64,000 nt of DNA from a bacterium (GTDB lineage Bacteria; UBA8248). Shown here one piece after another: positions 1 to 47,420 of the stretch. The position numbers and the translations under genes are program-made. The stretch spans positions 256,001-320,000 of the forward strand of contig CBDBZY010000007.1 in assembly GCA_965213685.1 (NCBI GenBank). Reading direction: 5' to 3'. The stretch's first letter is position 1. Every line of letters starts with the position of its first letter. The notes under the pieces were generated by a model. It saw nothing but the letters and a program-made list of their open reading frames with translations, had not been told where the DNA came from and searched no databases.

Positions 1-516
1 TGGCTGCAGGGCTGTTGCACTGAACCTGGTGGCTTCCTCCATGGCTGCTGGTGAGTCAGGAGATGGTATGCCAAACCGGAATAGCAGGAGGTGGCGATAG
101 TGGCTCTCTGTCATGGCGAGGGGCGGGAGAGAGATGAGGAGAAGGAATCTCAACTTTGAGGGTACTACTGGGTAAAGATTCTTTGCTGGGGTAAGTTTTT
201 TTTGTATTGGGGGTTTTGAGAAACTTGATTCTGCATAATAAATTTCTTCTCACTATAGCCTACTTGCTTCAAGCCAAACGATGAAATTGAAGATTCTGTA
301 CTGTGCCTTTTATCCGTTGGTATGGCTACATATTCTGACGCAACTCACTTGCAACACACTCTGATGGGGACGAGCAATTCTAAGGGCTGATGGCGCAAGA
401 GACGCAGAGTAGGTGGGGCTCGTTTTCAATATTACAGAAGTCGGATTGACTCTTATAATTAGAACTACTGGTCACCTGACGGCGTTGCATCGCGGGTAGG
501 CTCGCTGCTGCGCATC

Positions 517-1239
517 ATGCTCTCTTCCAAGCTCAGTCTACGCTGCGCGTTGGCTGCTCTCCTGGTGGCTGCGCAATGGAGCGCTGTAGCGGCGCAGGGG
601 AAAATTCCCCCGCTGATTGCAGAAGAATTCACTGCTAATATGCTCCAGAACAAGTTCAACCACAACGGCTTCGTAGTGAACCACACGTGCGCAGGGACAT
701 ACTACTCCAGCTACTCCCAGCAGATGATACGAGGTGACTGTACCGTCGTTGACCTCATCAGTAACAATCACAGCCAACCCTCGCCCTTGACAAGCAGCAT
801 ATCGCTGAGTCTACTGGACTTCACCAAGAATCCACCGCTCAACACATTCTTCGAGATGGGAAATCTCGTGAACAAGTCTTCTTGCTCCACCTACCCAGCT
901 AGCTGGCTCCCTCCGCCCTCTTCCACGTTCTTGCGAGACGTGAATGCTGGCTACGCCGGCACAGAGATCACAGCGGACTACGGGATTTGTGAGAAATGGT
1001 CTTTCGAGCTCTCTGAGATACCGGGAACAATATTCACCTTCTTCTTCGACTCCTTTACGAACCTCGTGAGATATGACTTCATCTCTCTCTCTTCCTCGGA
1101 GCAAGGAAACGTGGGAGTGACGAACAAATTCTTTAACATCGTCACAGGAGACAAAACCTTACTGCCTCCCACAATATTTGCAGGTTCAGGACAGTGTCCA
1201 AACGGCACGATCAGCCGTTCCCCCATCTCTTGGCGCTGA
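517..1239 (+). CDS. Intronless secreted glycoprotein, 240 aa, probable ependymin-related (EPDR)/LolA-like beta fold
   Basis: Single uninterrupted ORF. Hydrophobic signal peptide ending AVAA|Q, with N-glycosylation sequons NHT, NHS, NKS and NGT. Motifs YAGTE..YG.CEKW and FFNIVTG...P.IF....C resemble the C-terminal half of ependymin-related proteins (recalled, not searched). Confidence 0.7.
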   Translation: MLSSKLSLRCALAALLVAAQWSAVAAQGKIPPLIAEEFTANMLQNKFNHNGFVVNHTCAGTYYSSYSQQMIRGDCTVVDLISNNHSQPSPLTSSISLSLLDFTKNPPLNTFFEMGNLVNKSSCSTYPASWLPPPSSTFLRDVNAGYAGTEITADYGICEKWSFELSEIPGTIFTFFFDSFTNLVRYDFISLSSSEQGNVGVTNKFFNIVTGDKTLLPPTIFAGSGQCPNGTISRSPISWR

Positions 1240-1497
1240 AAAGGAACTGATTCAACCGTTTTGTACTTTTCTTTTTGTGTTGCATTTTTTAGTTCCAAAC
1301 CATTACTAGTACAGCTGGCCATGCATATTAATTTTTTGCAAAATCCGACATGTACGCTGCTTGCGCACCGTTAGCCCCACCCCTTTTCAATTTTACGCAC
1401 GCTGCAGCTAATTAGAGCATATCGGCCTTTACCGTACACTGCCCTTACCGGGAAAGGAAGGTTGTTGCAAACCAAGAAGGCCAGGAGAGAGTGAGAC

Positions 1498-6955
<5,458 letters not shown>

Positions 6956-7125
6956 TTGGCTTATAGTCACCACACGTGTGATCATACATGATTTACAGTG
7001 TAGGAATTTTATACTGTTCAGTCAGTGTATGCTGTTTTCATCGTTGTGTGAAGCGCCATCTCCCGCGCTAAGCGCCCACTACGCGCGCAGCGTTCTGCGC
7101 TACCGTTGCGTGTACGTACATGTAG

Positions 7126-10100
7126 ATGGAAGGCTATAGGAGGTGGGCGGAGCAGCTGTCCAGGTTCCTAACTGAGTACAAATGGTTGCTGGATACATAC
7201 GTCATAGTAAGTACAGGGCAGCATAACACTGCAGATCTATGTAATGGAGGATCTATCACAAATGTGTGGGGTGCATCAAACTTTATTGCATGGGGGTCTT
7301 GACTCTTCATGAATACGTAATTTTTGGGGGTACTCTTTTTGTACATGCTGAAGGAGTTCTTCACAGAGGACCACTGGAGCAAGCTGCCTCCCTCCTGGCA
7401 GGGCAGCCTGAGGGGAGCCGAACTGACGCAACTCTCCCAGCTACTTCTCACCAGTCCCTACAACCCTCAGAGGTAGCCAACCACTCCTGCCTGACCTCCG
7501 TCTCTCTTTCTCTGCCCCTCTCCTCCTCCTCCTCCTCCTCCTCCTCCTCCAACCCATCCTTCTTCCTCATCTCACCCTTCCTCTCCTCCCTCCCCCCCAG
7601 AGTCACAACCACTGTCCCAAGGGTCTACCCTCTCTCCTTGCTAGCCTTTGTGGCCACTGCGCACGCCCTCTCAGTGCCCAGACAGCCCAGAGCCAGAGGA
7701 GGGAGGAGGGAGGGAGAGTTCTGTGGTACTGTGGCTGCCAAACACAGCAGCCCCCTATCACAGATAGAAGGGCTGGATCACGTGTTCAGACGTCACCTGA
7801 AACCTAAGAAACAGCATGAGATTAAAGAACTGGGACAAGTGAGTCTCATTATTGGCTTGTTTGCTTTGTAGTTCATAATTATGTGGACAACATTATCACT
7901 AGCTTAATCATTTGCTCAGGAGGTGATGCGACTGTCGAAGATTACCAATTGCAAGAACATTATTGTGAGTTCAGATTATCAGTGATTTCAGTATTTTGTC
8001 ACCTCCTCCTCTCTCTCTGTCTCTCTCTCCCTCTCCCTCCCTCTCCCTCCCTCTCCCTCCCTCTCCCTCCCAGGATGTTGGATCAGGACAGGTGAGGTTT
8101 TTTTAAAACACTTTCCTCTTGTCCTTGCCCCCCATCCCCTCCCTTCCCTCACCCTCTCCTTCTCTCTCTCCCCACCTTCCAGGGCCACCTGGCACGCTAC
8201 CTCTCCTTCTGCTGTGGCCTACATGTGGTGACAGTGGACGCTGTTGGGTGCCACCTCACTGCAGCAGCCAAGTTTGACAGGTAATGAAACAGGTTTTACC
8301 ACTTATGTTCCAGTGTGACCTTGACACCTTTTGTAGTGAAGTTGAAAGAGATTTGCAGAAGTCCAGAAAGCTCAAAATGAAAGGGGACAGTAACCATGGC
8401 GACCACGAGAGAGGCAGGGGAAGTGTCACTCACGTGGAGTCAGTGGTCAGTTCAATCTCTCAACTGGCCCACCTACAAATGGGCTACCAGTTATCAAATT
8501 GGCTGTACGTCCAATTTGACAAATACGCTCTATAACATTCCTTGCTAGATTCAAGCTGATGCCACTATAGAGGAGTTTCTCTCTCAGCTTGGCCTCAGCG
8601 ATGCAGAGAGCAGGGAGGCCGGTCTGCCAGGTACAAGGTTCATTCTGGTGGGTCTGCACACATGCGGGGACCTCGCCTCCACCATGCTGCGGGTGTACAG
8701 CCAGAGCAGGCAGGTAGTGGGCGTGGTCTCCGTGGGCTGCTGCTACATGAAGCTCACGTGTGAGGAGACACACTATTCAGACTCCTACCAAACAACTGTG
8801 GACAAATCTAGCACCCCCCTCTCAAACACCCCCCTCTCCAGTGCCCCCCTCACCACTGCCCCCCTCTCCAATGCCCCCCTCTCCAGCACCCCCCTCTCCA
8901 CTGCCCCCCTCTCCAGCACCCTCCTCTCCACTGCCCCCCTCTCCAATGCCCCCCTCTCCAGCGCCTCCCTCTCCAATGCCCCCCTCTCCAATGCCCCCCT
9001 CTCCACTGCCCCCCTCTCCACTGCCCCCCTCTCCAATGCCCCCCTCTCCAGCGCCTCCCTCTCCAATGCCCCCCTCTCCAATGCCCCCCTCTCCCCCGCC
9101 CCCCTCTCCAGTGCCCCCCTCTCCGTTAGTCCAGGCAGAGATGTCACATGTAGCACACTCAGTAGAGCCACAGCTTGTGCTCAGAAGGAGCAAGCCAGAC
9201 CAACCCTCCGAAGTGAGGAGGTAGTGGCTCAGAGAGACAAGACCTCAGCTTGTCTTGAAGAGCACAGACCAACACATACCCCTCCAGGTCCAGTAGCCTC
9301 TCCTGAACTGCTGTGTCTCCCTGACAGAGGAGGAAGAGTGTTTGGGTACCCATTGAGTCAGTTTGTGGCTCAGCTCCCTGCCCCTCGTGGCAGGCTGAGC
9401 TACGAGGCCAGGGAGGTAGCCTGCCACTCGATGGAGGCGTACAGGGAGAGGCTGAGAGGTGAGTCAGAGCTGCTGGCCAGCTAGGTCAGCCTCAGAGGGG
9501 GGAATGAGTCTACCTCCTTCCTCTTGTAGAGGGGTCACATCATTTGAAGGTGCACTGCCACAGGGCAGTGGTGGAAACTATACTGAGAAAGGTAAGCACT
9601 GTGCCAGGGCCTACTAGCACGCGTGGTAAAGTGACTGGCGGTACTGTACACTGATAATCAGGGGTAAGTGTGCTATACTCTATACAACCTTTTCCCTAAA
9701 ACACAGCACGGAATGAGGAGGAGTCAGGTGAAGATTAGCAGACGAGTCTCCAAACTGCCATTCACTGAGTATGCCGTGTGCCTGTTGTGTACAGTGTGGC
9801 CTGTGCGTATGTGTACCCCTCCCACCACTGCAGGTATGCTACTGCTGTGCTAGAGGCCCTAGGCCTGCCACCATCTGAACTGCATTCAGGTACAGCAATG
9901 GCCACGCTAACAGGAGTGTTTGTGTGAACTGGCATACTGTTCAAGTGTCTGTTTCCATGGTACTTTTTCTCCCCCTCCCCCTCCCCCTCCCCCTCCCCCT
10001 CCCCTCCCCCTCCACCTCCCCCTCCACCTCAGTGGCACCCAGTTCCAGGGAGCGCTTGCTAGCCCAGTGGCCAGAGGTGGTGGTGTTCTTCATGCTGAGG

Positions 10101-10450
10101 CTGGCAGCAGCACCCTGTGCAGAGAGCCTTGTGCTGCTGGACAGAGTGCTCTATCTCATGGAACAAGGTGCATCATGTGATCACGTGTCATGGCTCCCTC
10201 ACTAGAGGTTTGAATTAGGTGTTAGTGGCGAAAAACACCATCTTGTATATAGCCAGTGCAAGTATTGCTTTTGGTATATCAATAGCGTACAATCACAAAT
10301 AGTTCTACATGTAGTTACTATTGCGATAACTGTATACAACAATTATTGTACATCTCTCTTCTACCTTGTGCAGGTTTGGACACTGAACTATTAGCAGCTT
10401 TTGAACCCACTCTCTCTCCAAGAAATATCACAATTGTGTCACATAAATAG
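7126..10450 (+). CDS. METTL25B: Methyltransferase-like 25B (RRNAD1), multi-exon
   Basis: Exons give LLDTYVI|[31 protein letters not shown]|DVGSGQ|[52 protein letters not shown] and FEPTLSPRN, all METTL25/RRNAD1 family motifs. Confidence 0.9.
8810..9124 (+). repeat. 15-bp minisatellite, 21 copies, in frame in METTL25B (xAPLS)n
   Basis: gcccccctctcc(aat/act/agc) units read directly; they translate as [25 protein letters not shown]... Confidence 0.95.
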
Positions 10451-10542
10451 AGAAAGATTATAAACTGTACATGATTTAAGAATAATATTATTGTCCACAT
10501 TGATACTACAATAAGAGCAGAAAGAAAATAAAGTGCTGATTA

Positions 10543-17624
<7,082 letters not shown>

Positions 17625-17898
17625 AGTACAAAATGGCCATCTTCAATCGCAGTATAGCTACACACACGATATAAGCTTAGAATAGATCCTAGCGGTTCTT
17701 TGGGAGGCTTTCTCGTACAGAGAACAGTAGTGAAGCTTTTTCTCCTTTTTTTGCCTGTCAGAGACACTGAGCTGTAACCTTTGTTTATCTTTGGTCCTCA
17801 CTAGGAAACGCAACACGTGTGCGCACACTGTCACCTTTCGAGGCAGTCTAATTATGCGAAGCCAATTCAAATTTCTCTAACTAGGATAAAGAGTGAGA
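17625..17898. promoter_or_regulatory. Putative bidirectional promoter USP36/MED11
   Basis: 274 bp between divergent start codons; CACGTG at 17814-17819. Confidence 0.6.
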
Positions 17899-19103
<1,205 letters not shown>

Positions 19104-19682
19104 ACCTGTCATTCACCTGTCGTAGAGTAGATTTGTTAGTTCACACTCTGGTTGATGCAGTATGTGGGGGAGGTGTGAATTGTTATCAGTTCCCGCACAT
19201 CTGCACTCCACTCACATGACAAGCCATTTTACTAATGTGCTACACAATTCACCTTATATCAGTTAACCTTTTGCATACTGGTATGCTCATTATCATTATT
19301 CCTATGTATGGAGGTGTGTGCAGTGGAGGCAGAGATGTGGCGTGTAGCTATAGAGCCATACAGACTCGCTTGGTCATCTTTGTGGTTGTGGAAGAACTAC
19401 AAGTGATTTCTTTTCTCATACTCACTAGGACTTTCACTGCACTGTGAAACATACTCTTATGGTTTGAATACAAATAGATGGAAATGAATATTCATAAGGA
19501 ACCAATTGGAAAAACGTAAGGATGGGAGGGTGGTGGGTTATGGAGGAAATGAACATCAATCATGGTCAATTGTAAATGATAAATATAAATCAAGGATAAT
19601 CAGTGACGGCTGAAATGAAACCAGAATGATTTGTGAGAGGGTTTGGAAAAGACCCAAGACCGGAATAGTGTGGATACACAAA

Positions 19683-21052
19683 CTATGCAATATTGGAGGG
19701 CGATCGGTTGAGGATTCTCCGGTATCTTTGTGCTAGTAATTGCCTCCTTGGGTTTGAAGAATCCACACGGTGCTCTTCAACATGCTCTCCTCGGTTCATG
19801 AGGCTATGTAACCACCCCCCCCTCATTCCCTCCTACGCGTGGGAAGGAAAAGGAATTCACAGTTTAGATGAAGGATAATTCCTCAATAATACGATCATTC
19901 ACAATTAGACTAGACACTCACCTCTTGAGAAAATGGACGTACACCTCGGGATACCATATTTGGAATTCCTTCTATTCAAAAAAAAAGCAGCGTTAGTGAC
20001 TAAAGGACATGAACTATATTCATTGCAGTACCGTGTGGTCTTGATCTTCTCCGTCTTATAGTGGGAGTCAAGACCTGATTGCAGTCGCAGCGAAAAGAAT
20101 TCCCTTGAGACCCATGACGAATGGCAGAGAAACAAAATTGTGCATATATCCCAGTTCGTGTCACTGTTTCATCTGCATGGAACCACAGCTGCACCCTCCT
20201 CCGCCTCTGGATGGTAATGTTGTACAGGGTCTTGCAGTACTTTCTGATGTCCCTTTGGCTTTTACTGATCTGGACGGTAAAGTAATCCTTATCACAGTTT
20301 TCTGTCGATTCAATGTCAAACTCATCAAATACAATATTCATTGTGCAGTTCTGAGGTATACGGATCTGCCATACGATGTCTTGGTTGCTGCTGTAGGAGC
20401 TTCTTAAGGGCTCGCGGTTGCCTGGTTCATAGTTGTCAGTAACAATATATCCATCGCTGTTCAATTTTGTGATACTGGACAGAGTTCTGTTTATCACTGT
20501 TCGGTACGAGAAAGCGTTCTCCGTGGTGTTACCGTCTGGCTCACTGTGCGCAAGGTAAACGAACAGCTGATAGCACTGCCACAATAGTCTTTTGCATGGC
20601 TTCAAACGGACTAGCCATGCGGGTGTGCAACTTACCAGTCGCTGCTGAGCTGCCCTCCGCGGCAGTTCAAGGTGGGTCCGTGGTGTTGGGCTGGACTGTC
20701 GTTGGGGACTTGAAGCACGGACAGGTTGTATTTCAGAATCCTATTAGCCTGCCTGCACATAATCAATGAGACGTGCATACTTACAACGGCTTCTGCAGCA
20801 CGCGGGCTCCCTCCTGCATGCACCTTGAGCACTGCTACGCATGTTACCCGACGTTCGTGCAGCGTAAACATAAATTACAGAGAGATTCAAACTGCTGGCT
20901 TACCAGTTCTCCCCGCACCACCGTTTCTCGCAGCTAAACGTCACGGCGAGGGGCCCCTCGCCTGGTCCTGGAGCCGGCCCATCTTTGTACGGCACGCAGT
21001 TCGCATAACTAATGGCTACGAGCAGTAATGACAGAACTCTAAACAGACTCAT
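19683..21052 (-). CDS. Secreted single-CUB-domain protein; 3' exon structure uncertain
   Basis: Exon 21052-20904 encodes signal peptide MSLFRVLSLLLVAISYANC. Exons ~20752-20635 and 20543-20032 encode a CUB domain (YSSNQDIVWQI..FDEFDIESTENCDKDY..WFHADETVTRTG). Probable last exon ends at 19683. Confidence 0.7.
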
Positions 21053-21495
21053 CGCGCGGCACAGGTTTACCCCAGCAGAAACAGTGCAATGAATACCGCT
21101 TTAATACGCACTGACTAATTTGATGATGATCTATATACAACCGAGTTATTAGCAGTCACTAAGTACTGGAGAAACAGCACACAGCCTTCTTTTAAATCTC
21201 TCTTTCACTGGATAATTTTCCCAAAATGGTGTCAACACAGTTGCATCACCATCTCTTACTGTCCATCAAATGATACCACAAACTTGAAGCAGTTTACTGG
21301 AATGACCTCATGACTATTTCCAGGTAAGAAACATAACATCATCACACATAACAAGCCAACACCAGCCTTCAAAGATTACAACATACTCTGCAACTGGAAT
21401 CGACAACACTCTACATTCATTACTAACATATCGTCAACACAGTTCTGCACGAGAGAGATGAGAACACATAGGTGCCACATTTTCCATGACGACGG

Positions 21496-40736
<19,241 letters not shown>

Positions 40737-40896
40737 CGCGTCGAGTATCCTAAACAATGCCCACCACCCACGTGGGTGAAAGTCATTAAGTTCAAAGTAC
40801 ACAAATGGTCGGGGTGTACACCACATTACAGCACGTACAAAAGACGCCACAGTATGCAGTTCTATTACTGGCAGAGCAGAGTCTTCAGTCCACATT

Positions 40897-42611
<1,715 letters not shown>

Positions 42612-42722
42612 CACAACGAACACACCAAAATGACAAGGGTAAGCACCTTCGAACTTAACTGTAAACTGGATCACGTGATTTTAACTTTCTTTCACGTGAC
42701 TGCTGCAGTTAGGCCAGGGAAA
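42612..42722. promoter_or_regulatory. 111-bp bidirectional promoter NUDCD3/NDUFAB1 with two TCACGTGA E-boxes
   Basis: Divergent ATGs at 42611 and 42723; CACGTG at 42672 and 42693. Confidence 0.7.
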
Positions 42723-43418
<696 letters not shown>

Positions 43419-43592
43419 AAAATGGTGCACATGTGTATGTGAATGTATCTATGTGCTGCAGTCAGGTGCCATACCGCAGTACTGGCCCCCTGCACGCTAG
43501 CCCTGTCACTGCATGTAAGAATACTGATGCTCAATAATTATTACTTATCAAAATATAAATTTCAATGAATGAAAATTGTGGGGTGGGTGTGG

Positions 43593-46500
43593 TCAGGGTG
43601 CTGGTTCAGTGGGGAGTCTCTGAAAGGCCTTTGTGATGTAGCTGGCAATGTTGTTCTGTAGGTCTGGGTCAAGGGAGCTCAAGGAGGCCATACCCTGTTT
43701 CTTGTCAACACCTTCACTCTATATACAAAGAAAATGGAAGCACACACACATGTAATGGTGCTTAGGCTCCATGCCTGTACTGTTGAAGTCTCATAGTCTA
43801 ACCCTAGCCTATGCCCCTCTCATGATCTCCGCTTTCTTCCCAAGTGAATCGTGCAGCGTATGTCTGCATTTCAACACAGCCAGCCTTCATTCAGGACTGA
43901 CAGCAGTACCACCATAGGTATTGCAATACAAGCCCACCCCTTCCCTCTCAGTCTCACCTCCCAATAAGCAACCAGTTCATTACTCAGACTCTCAACCTCC
44001 TTCTGGGCCGAGAGCAGCACTCGAAGTTTCCTGTAAGTGAAGCAGAAACATACCATCACGCACCATAGCCATGTGTGTGGGTGGAGTCTTACTCCTTGTA
44101 CTCTGCTCTCATCCGAAGTCTGTCCTGCACTATCTTCTGCAGCTGCTGCCTGGTCTGCCTGTGAGCAGAGCATGGTATCAATCACGGTGGAGGCAGGGCT
44201 GCACATGCCACTACCTCTCTCACCTTCTCTGCGTTGCATGGAGCAAGCTTTGTGCTTTACTCTCCCGAACACTCTCCCTTATCACTTCCTCGTAGGTAGG
44301 GGCATCAGATGTGCTCATGGAGTCAAGGAGCCTATGTTATTGGCTATACTATCGGCTCTCATGCTTCAACTTAATGGAGAATGATCACCACTTCCTCCTC
44401 CAGTGCACATGAACACTGCACACCCACACACACAATGCACGAACCACCCTCCTGGTGAGTGTGTAAATCCCTCACTCCCACAGCCCCTGAGTAAATCACA
44501 ATAATTACTCATTCTAGCCCTAGCCCCTCCCCCTCATTGCCTCCCACTCTCTTCACTTCCTTCCTAACTGTCCCTGTAAATTGTTCCAGCATATGCCCTC
44601 GTTTCCCAGCACAGTCAGCCTTGACTCAGGACAGTCACACCCGATGGCTACACCACTGTGCTCAGTGAGGCCCCACCCGTTCCCCTGGTAATATACCCAG
44701 GACTATGAGGGGATATGGTGGTGGCTGGTTGACCTCTGTCCTCTTGGTGAGGATGGCGTAGCCTGCGTCTCTGTCCAGTTTCCTCTTCTGCAGGTAGTGC
44801 TTGACCAGAGGACTCTGTCCGTGCACATCAAAGCACACGTGCTCCAGCACAGGCACTGCCATTGGTGTCTCCTATGGCAGACATCAGTGCAATGTACTGT
44901 CAGTATATGCACCATACTCAGAATATATGGGATACACACTATAGATCTGAATGTGAGAGTGGAAAGCTCATGAATATTAACAAGCAACCCAGTATCACTG
45001 CACTATACTCAAAACATAGAGGACACACATCCCTTATGTATCTGAATGTGAAAGTGGAGGCTTATGAATATTAATAAGCAATCCAGTAGTCCGGCTATGC
45101 ATGTAGTGTGTGCTACAGTGAGGTGTACCTGGTGCTGAAGCTTGTGTAGGATACTGATGGCACTCTGGCCTGACTTCTCCCTGAGTTGGAGTGCCTTCTC
45201 TTTCCACGTCTTGCCCTCGTTCTTGCCCCCTTTGCTTTTGTCCGCCTCCGACTTCTCTGTGGGCTTTGGGGGGTGTGGAGGGGACTGTGCTGATGTGCCT
45301 TGCCCCCTTCTTGCACCTACGCTGCTCCCCTGCTCCCCACCCACCCTCCTGGAACTAGCCAGCCGGGAGGAAGGTGCCACTTTTGGAGAAGGAGAACTCA
45401 TTGGAGGCCTGTACCCTCCTCTTGTGTTACTGCTTGCGTGCACTGTAGTGAGAGGTGGAGTGCCACTGGCTGGTGTGTGTGGGGCCTTTGACTGGAGAGC
45501 TGCTGCCACTTTCTGAGATTCAGTTGGTAAGACAACTGTCTTTGATGGCTGGGAAGAAGGCACTGGCAGTGTCCTGGCTTCCTTCGCCCTCTGAGTGACC
45601 TTGCTTATCCTCTCTTCCTTTAGTTTTAGATACTGAGTTCTGGCAACCTCCAACTTGCCACTCTCAACCTTTCCCTGAGCTGATAGTGCTGCACTACCGG
45701 ATGGTCTTCTGTTCTGGAGTTGTCTGCCATTCTCCAATTCCCCCTCATGACTCTTCTGGTCGGACTGCAAAGGCATACTTCTCTCCATGTTAGGAGTTCC
45801 TCTTCCCAACAGCGACTGACTGGACTGGCTCAGCCTGATAGCAGGTATCTTTGATTCCTTCTCCTCCTCCTTTTTCTCTGCTGCTCTTGCATGTTCCACC
45901 AGCATGTCGAGATTGAATTCTGCAGAGATGAAGTGACCATATGTTAGCACACAGTTGCAGGGACACACACAGCTGCCCTGGCACTATATAGTAACACTCA
46001 CTCTTTGTTTGCCTCGGTGACTTTGGCAGTTGCTCTTCCTTCCCAATAGTCTTCAGTGAGTTGGGGGGATCCAGAATCTCAAAGTCCCACTTCTTCCACG
46101 TCTCTGGCAGAGGTTTTGTCCCTAAAGCACATGAGTATTACTATACAGGCAGGCCCTCAGTAGAGCATTACACATGTGCGACAATAGAGGTCCAGCACAC
46201 ACCCACCTGCTTGCCACAGGTAGACCACCTCCACCAGAGCCGTCTTGAAGCCGTCATCAAAGCTGCTCCATGAGGCAGGGAATGCGTGAATGAAGGCAGT
46301 GTACACACACTGGGACAGGGCATCTGGGTAGGCCTGTGGGTGTTCACTATGATACCAGCTACATGTATGTATGTACACGTATATGCATCAAGTATGCAAT
46401 CTTGCCTTCAAGAATTTGTCTTTCCAAGTGTGTACTTTGGATTTTGCTAGAAACTTGACATAATTCTCAGCTACTCTTGAAAATAAGGAGCCTTGCACAG

Positions 46501-47420
46501 AACGATTTGGCTGTAGGGGGTTGGGGAGGAGCATTTCATTAGGAGTAATGGAAAGACAAGAAGGAAAACACGAAGGAAGAGTGAGACAGAAGAAGAGGAG
46601 ATAGAGAGACCAGGAAGGGAGAGGAGTGACCTGGTATCTTTCCAGAAAGAACCACCAAAACGTGTCCTATGTACAGAAATGAATGGTGAAGAGTACAGGG
46701 CTGTGTGCTCATACATGTAGCCTCACCAGGAATATCGTCTGTGATGCTGGAGAGTAGAAGTTCTCTCTCCAGTAGTCTCGATATCCTTCCCTCTGCCAAG
46801 AGAAATAGCCACACGTATACATGGAACAAAATGTACCTCATCTCTCTTGAGCCTTCCCTCCCTTCCTCCCCTCCCTCTCTTCCTCTCTCCTTCCCTCTCT
46901 TTCTCCCTCCCTCCTTGGCTCCCCCCCTTCCCACATGCCTTGGCTGCCAACTTGGCCTGGGCCCGAGTCACACGTTTCATCTGCTCAAGTGTGTCCAGAC
47001 CATGTGGGAGGGGGGTGGGGCAAGAAGGTGTGTAGCCTGGAAATGTGGCAAGCTGTTTGTAGAGAAGGCAGATAGACAGACAAGAAACAGTAATAGCCAC
47101 GCAGCTGTAGAATACTGACTTCACAAAATGCTATGGGAGGTCACCTACTTCAATCAAACTTGTCTTTGTGGTCTCCTTCCCCTGGTCTGCGGGTAGGGGA
47201 GTCGCCACCTGCAAGCAAATGAGAAGTCATCATATCAAGCTGAAGCGAACACTGGACGATGCTCCACTCAACAACCTACATGTGGCTTTCCCTTCTCTTC
47301 AATCTTGTGCGCGACTGCGCCTCCTCCCCTTCCTCCGTCTTCCTTCTTGGAGCTACTCTTGGGCCGGTGCTTGGCCAGAGCATGCGACGCTCCCCCCACG
47401 ACCCTCCTCTTGGGAGGCAT
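43593..47420 (-). CDS. FAM227 family protein (FWWh domain), multi-exon
   Basis: Spliced SQTIFL|DTFWWFFLERYQ, YPDALSQCVYTAFIHAFPASWSSFDDGFK, W..GTKP..WKKW and QSPLVKHYL. A versus B paralog not resolvable; terminal exons less certain. Confidence 0.75.

Noticed and set aside
1-253. Minus-strand ORFs at the left edge (65 aa, and an open frame MTESHYRHLL.. running off the window)
   Set aside because: No recognisable homology and truncated by the window; cannot be supported as a gene.
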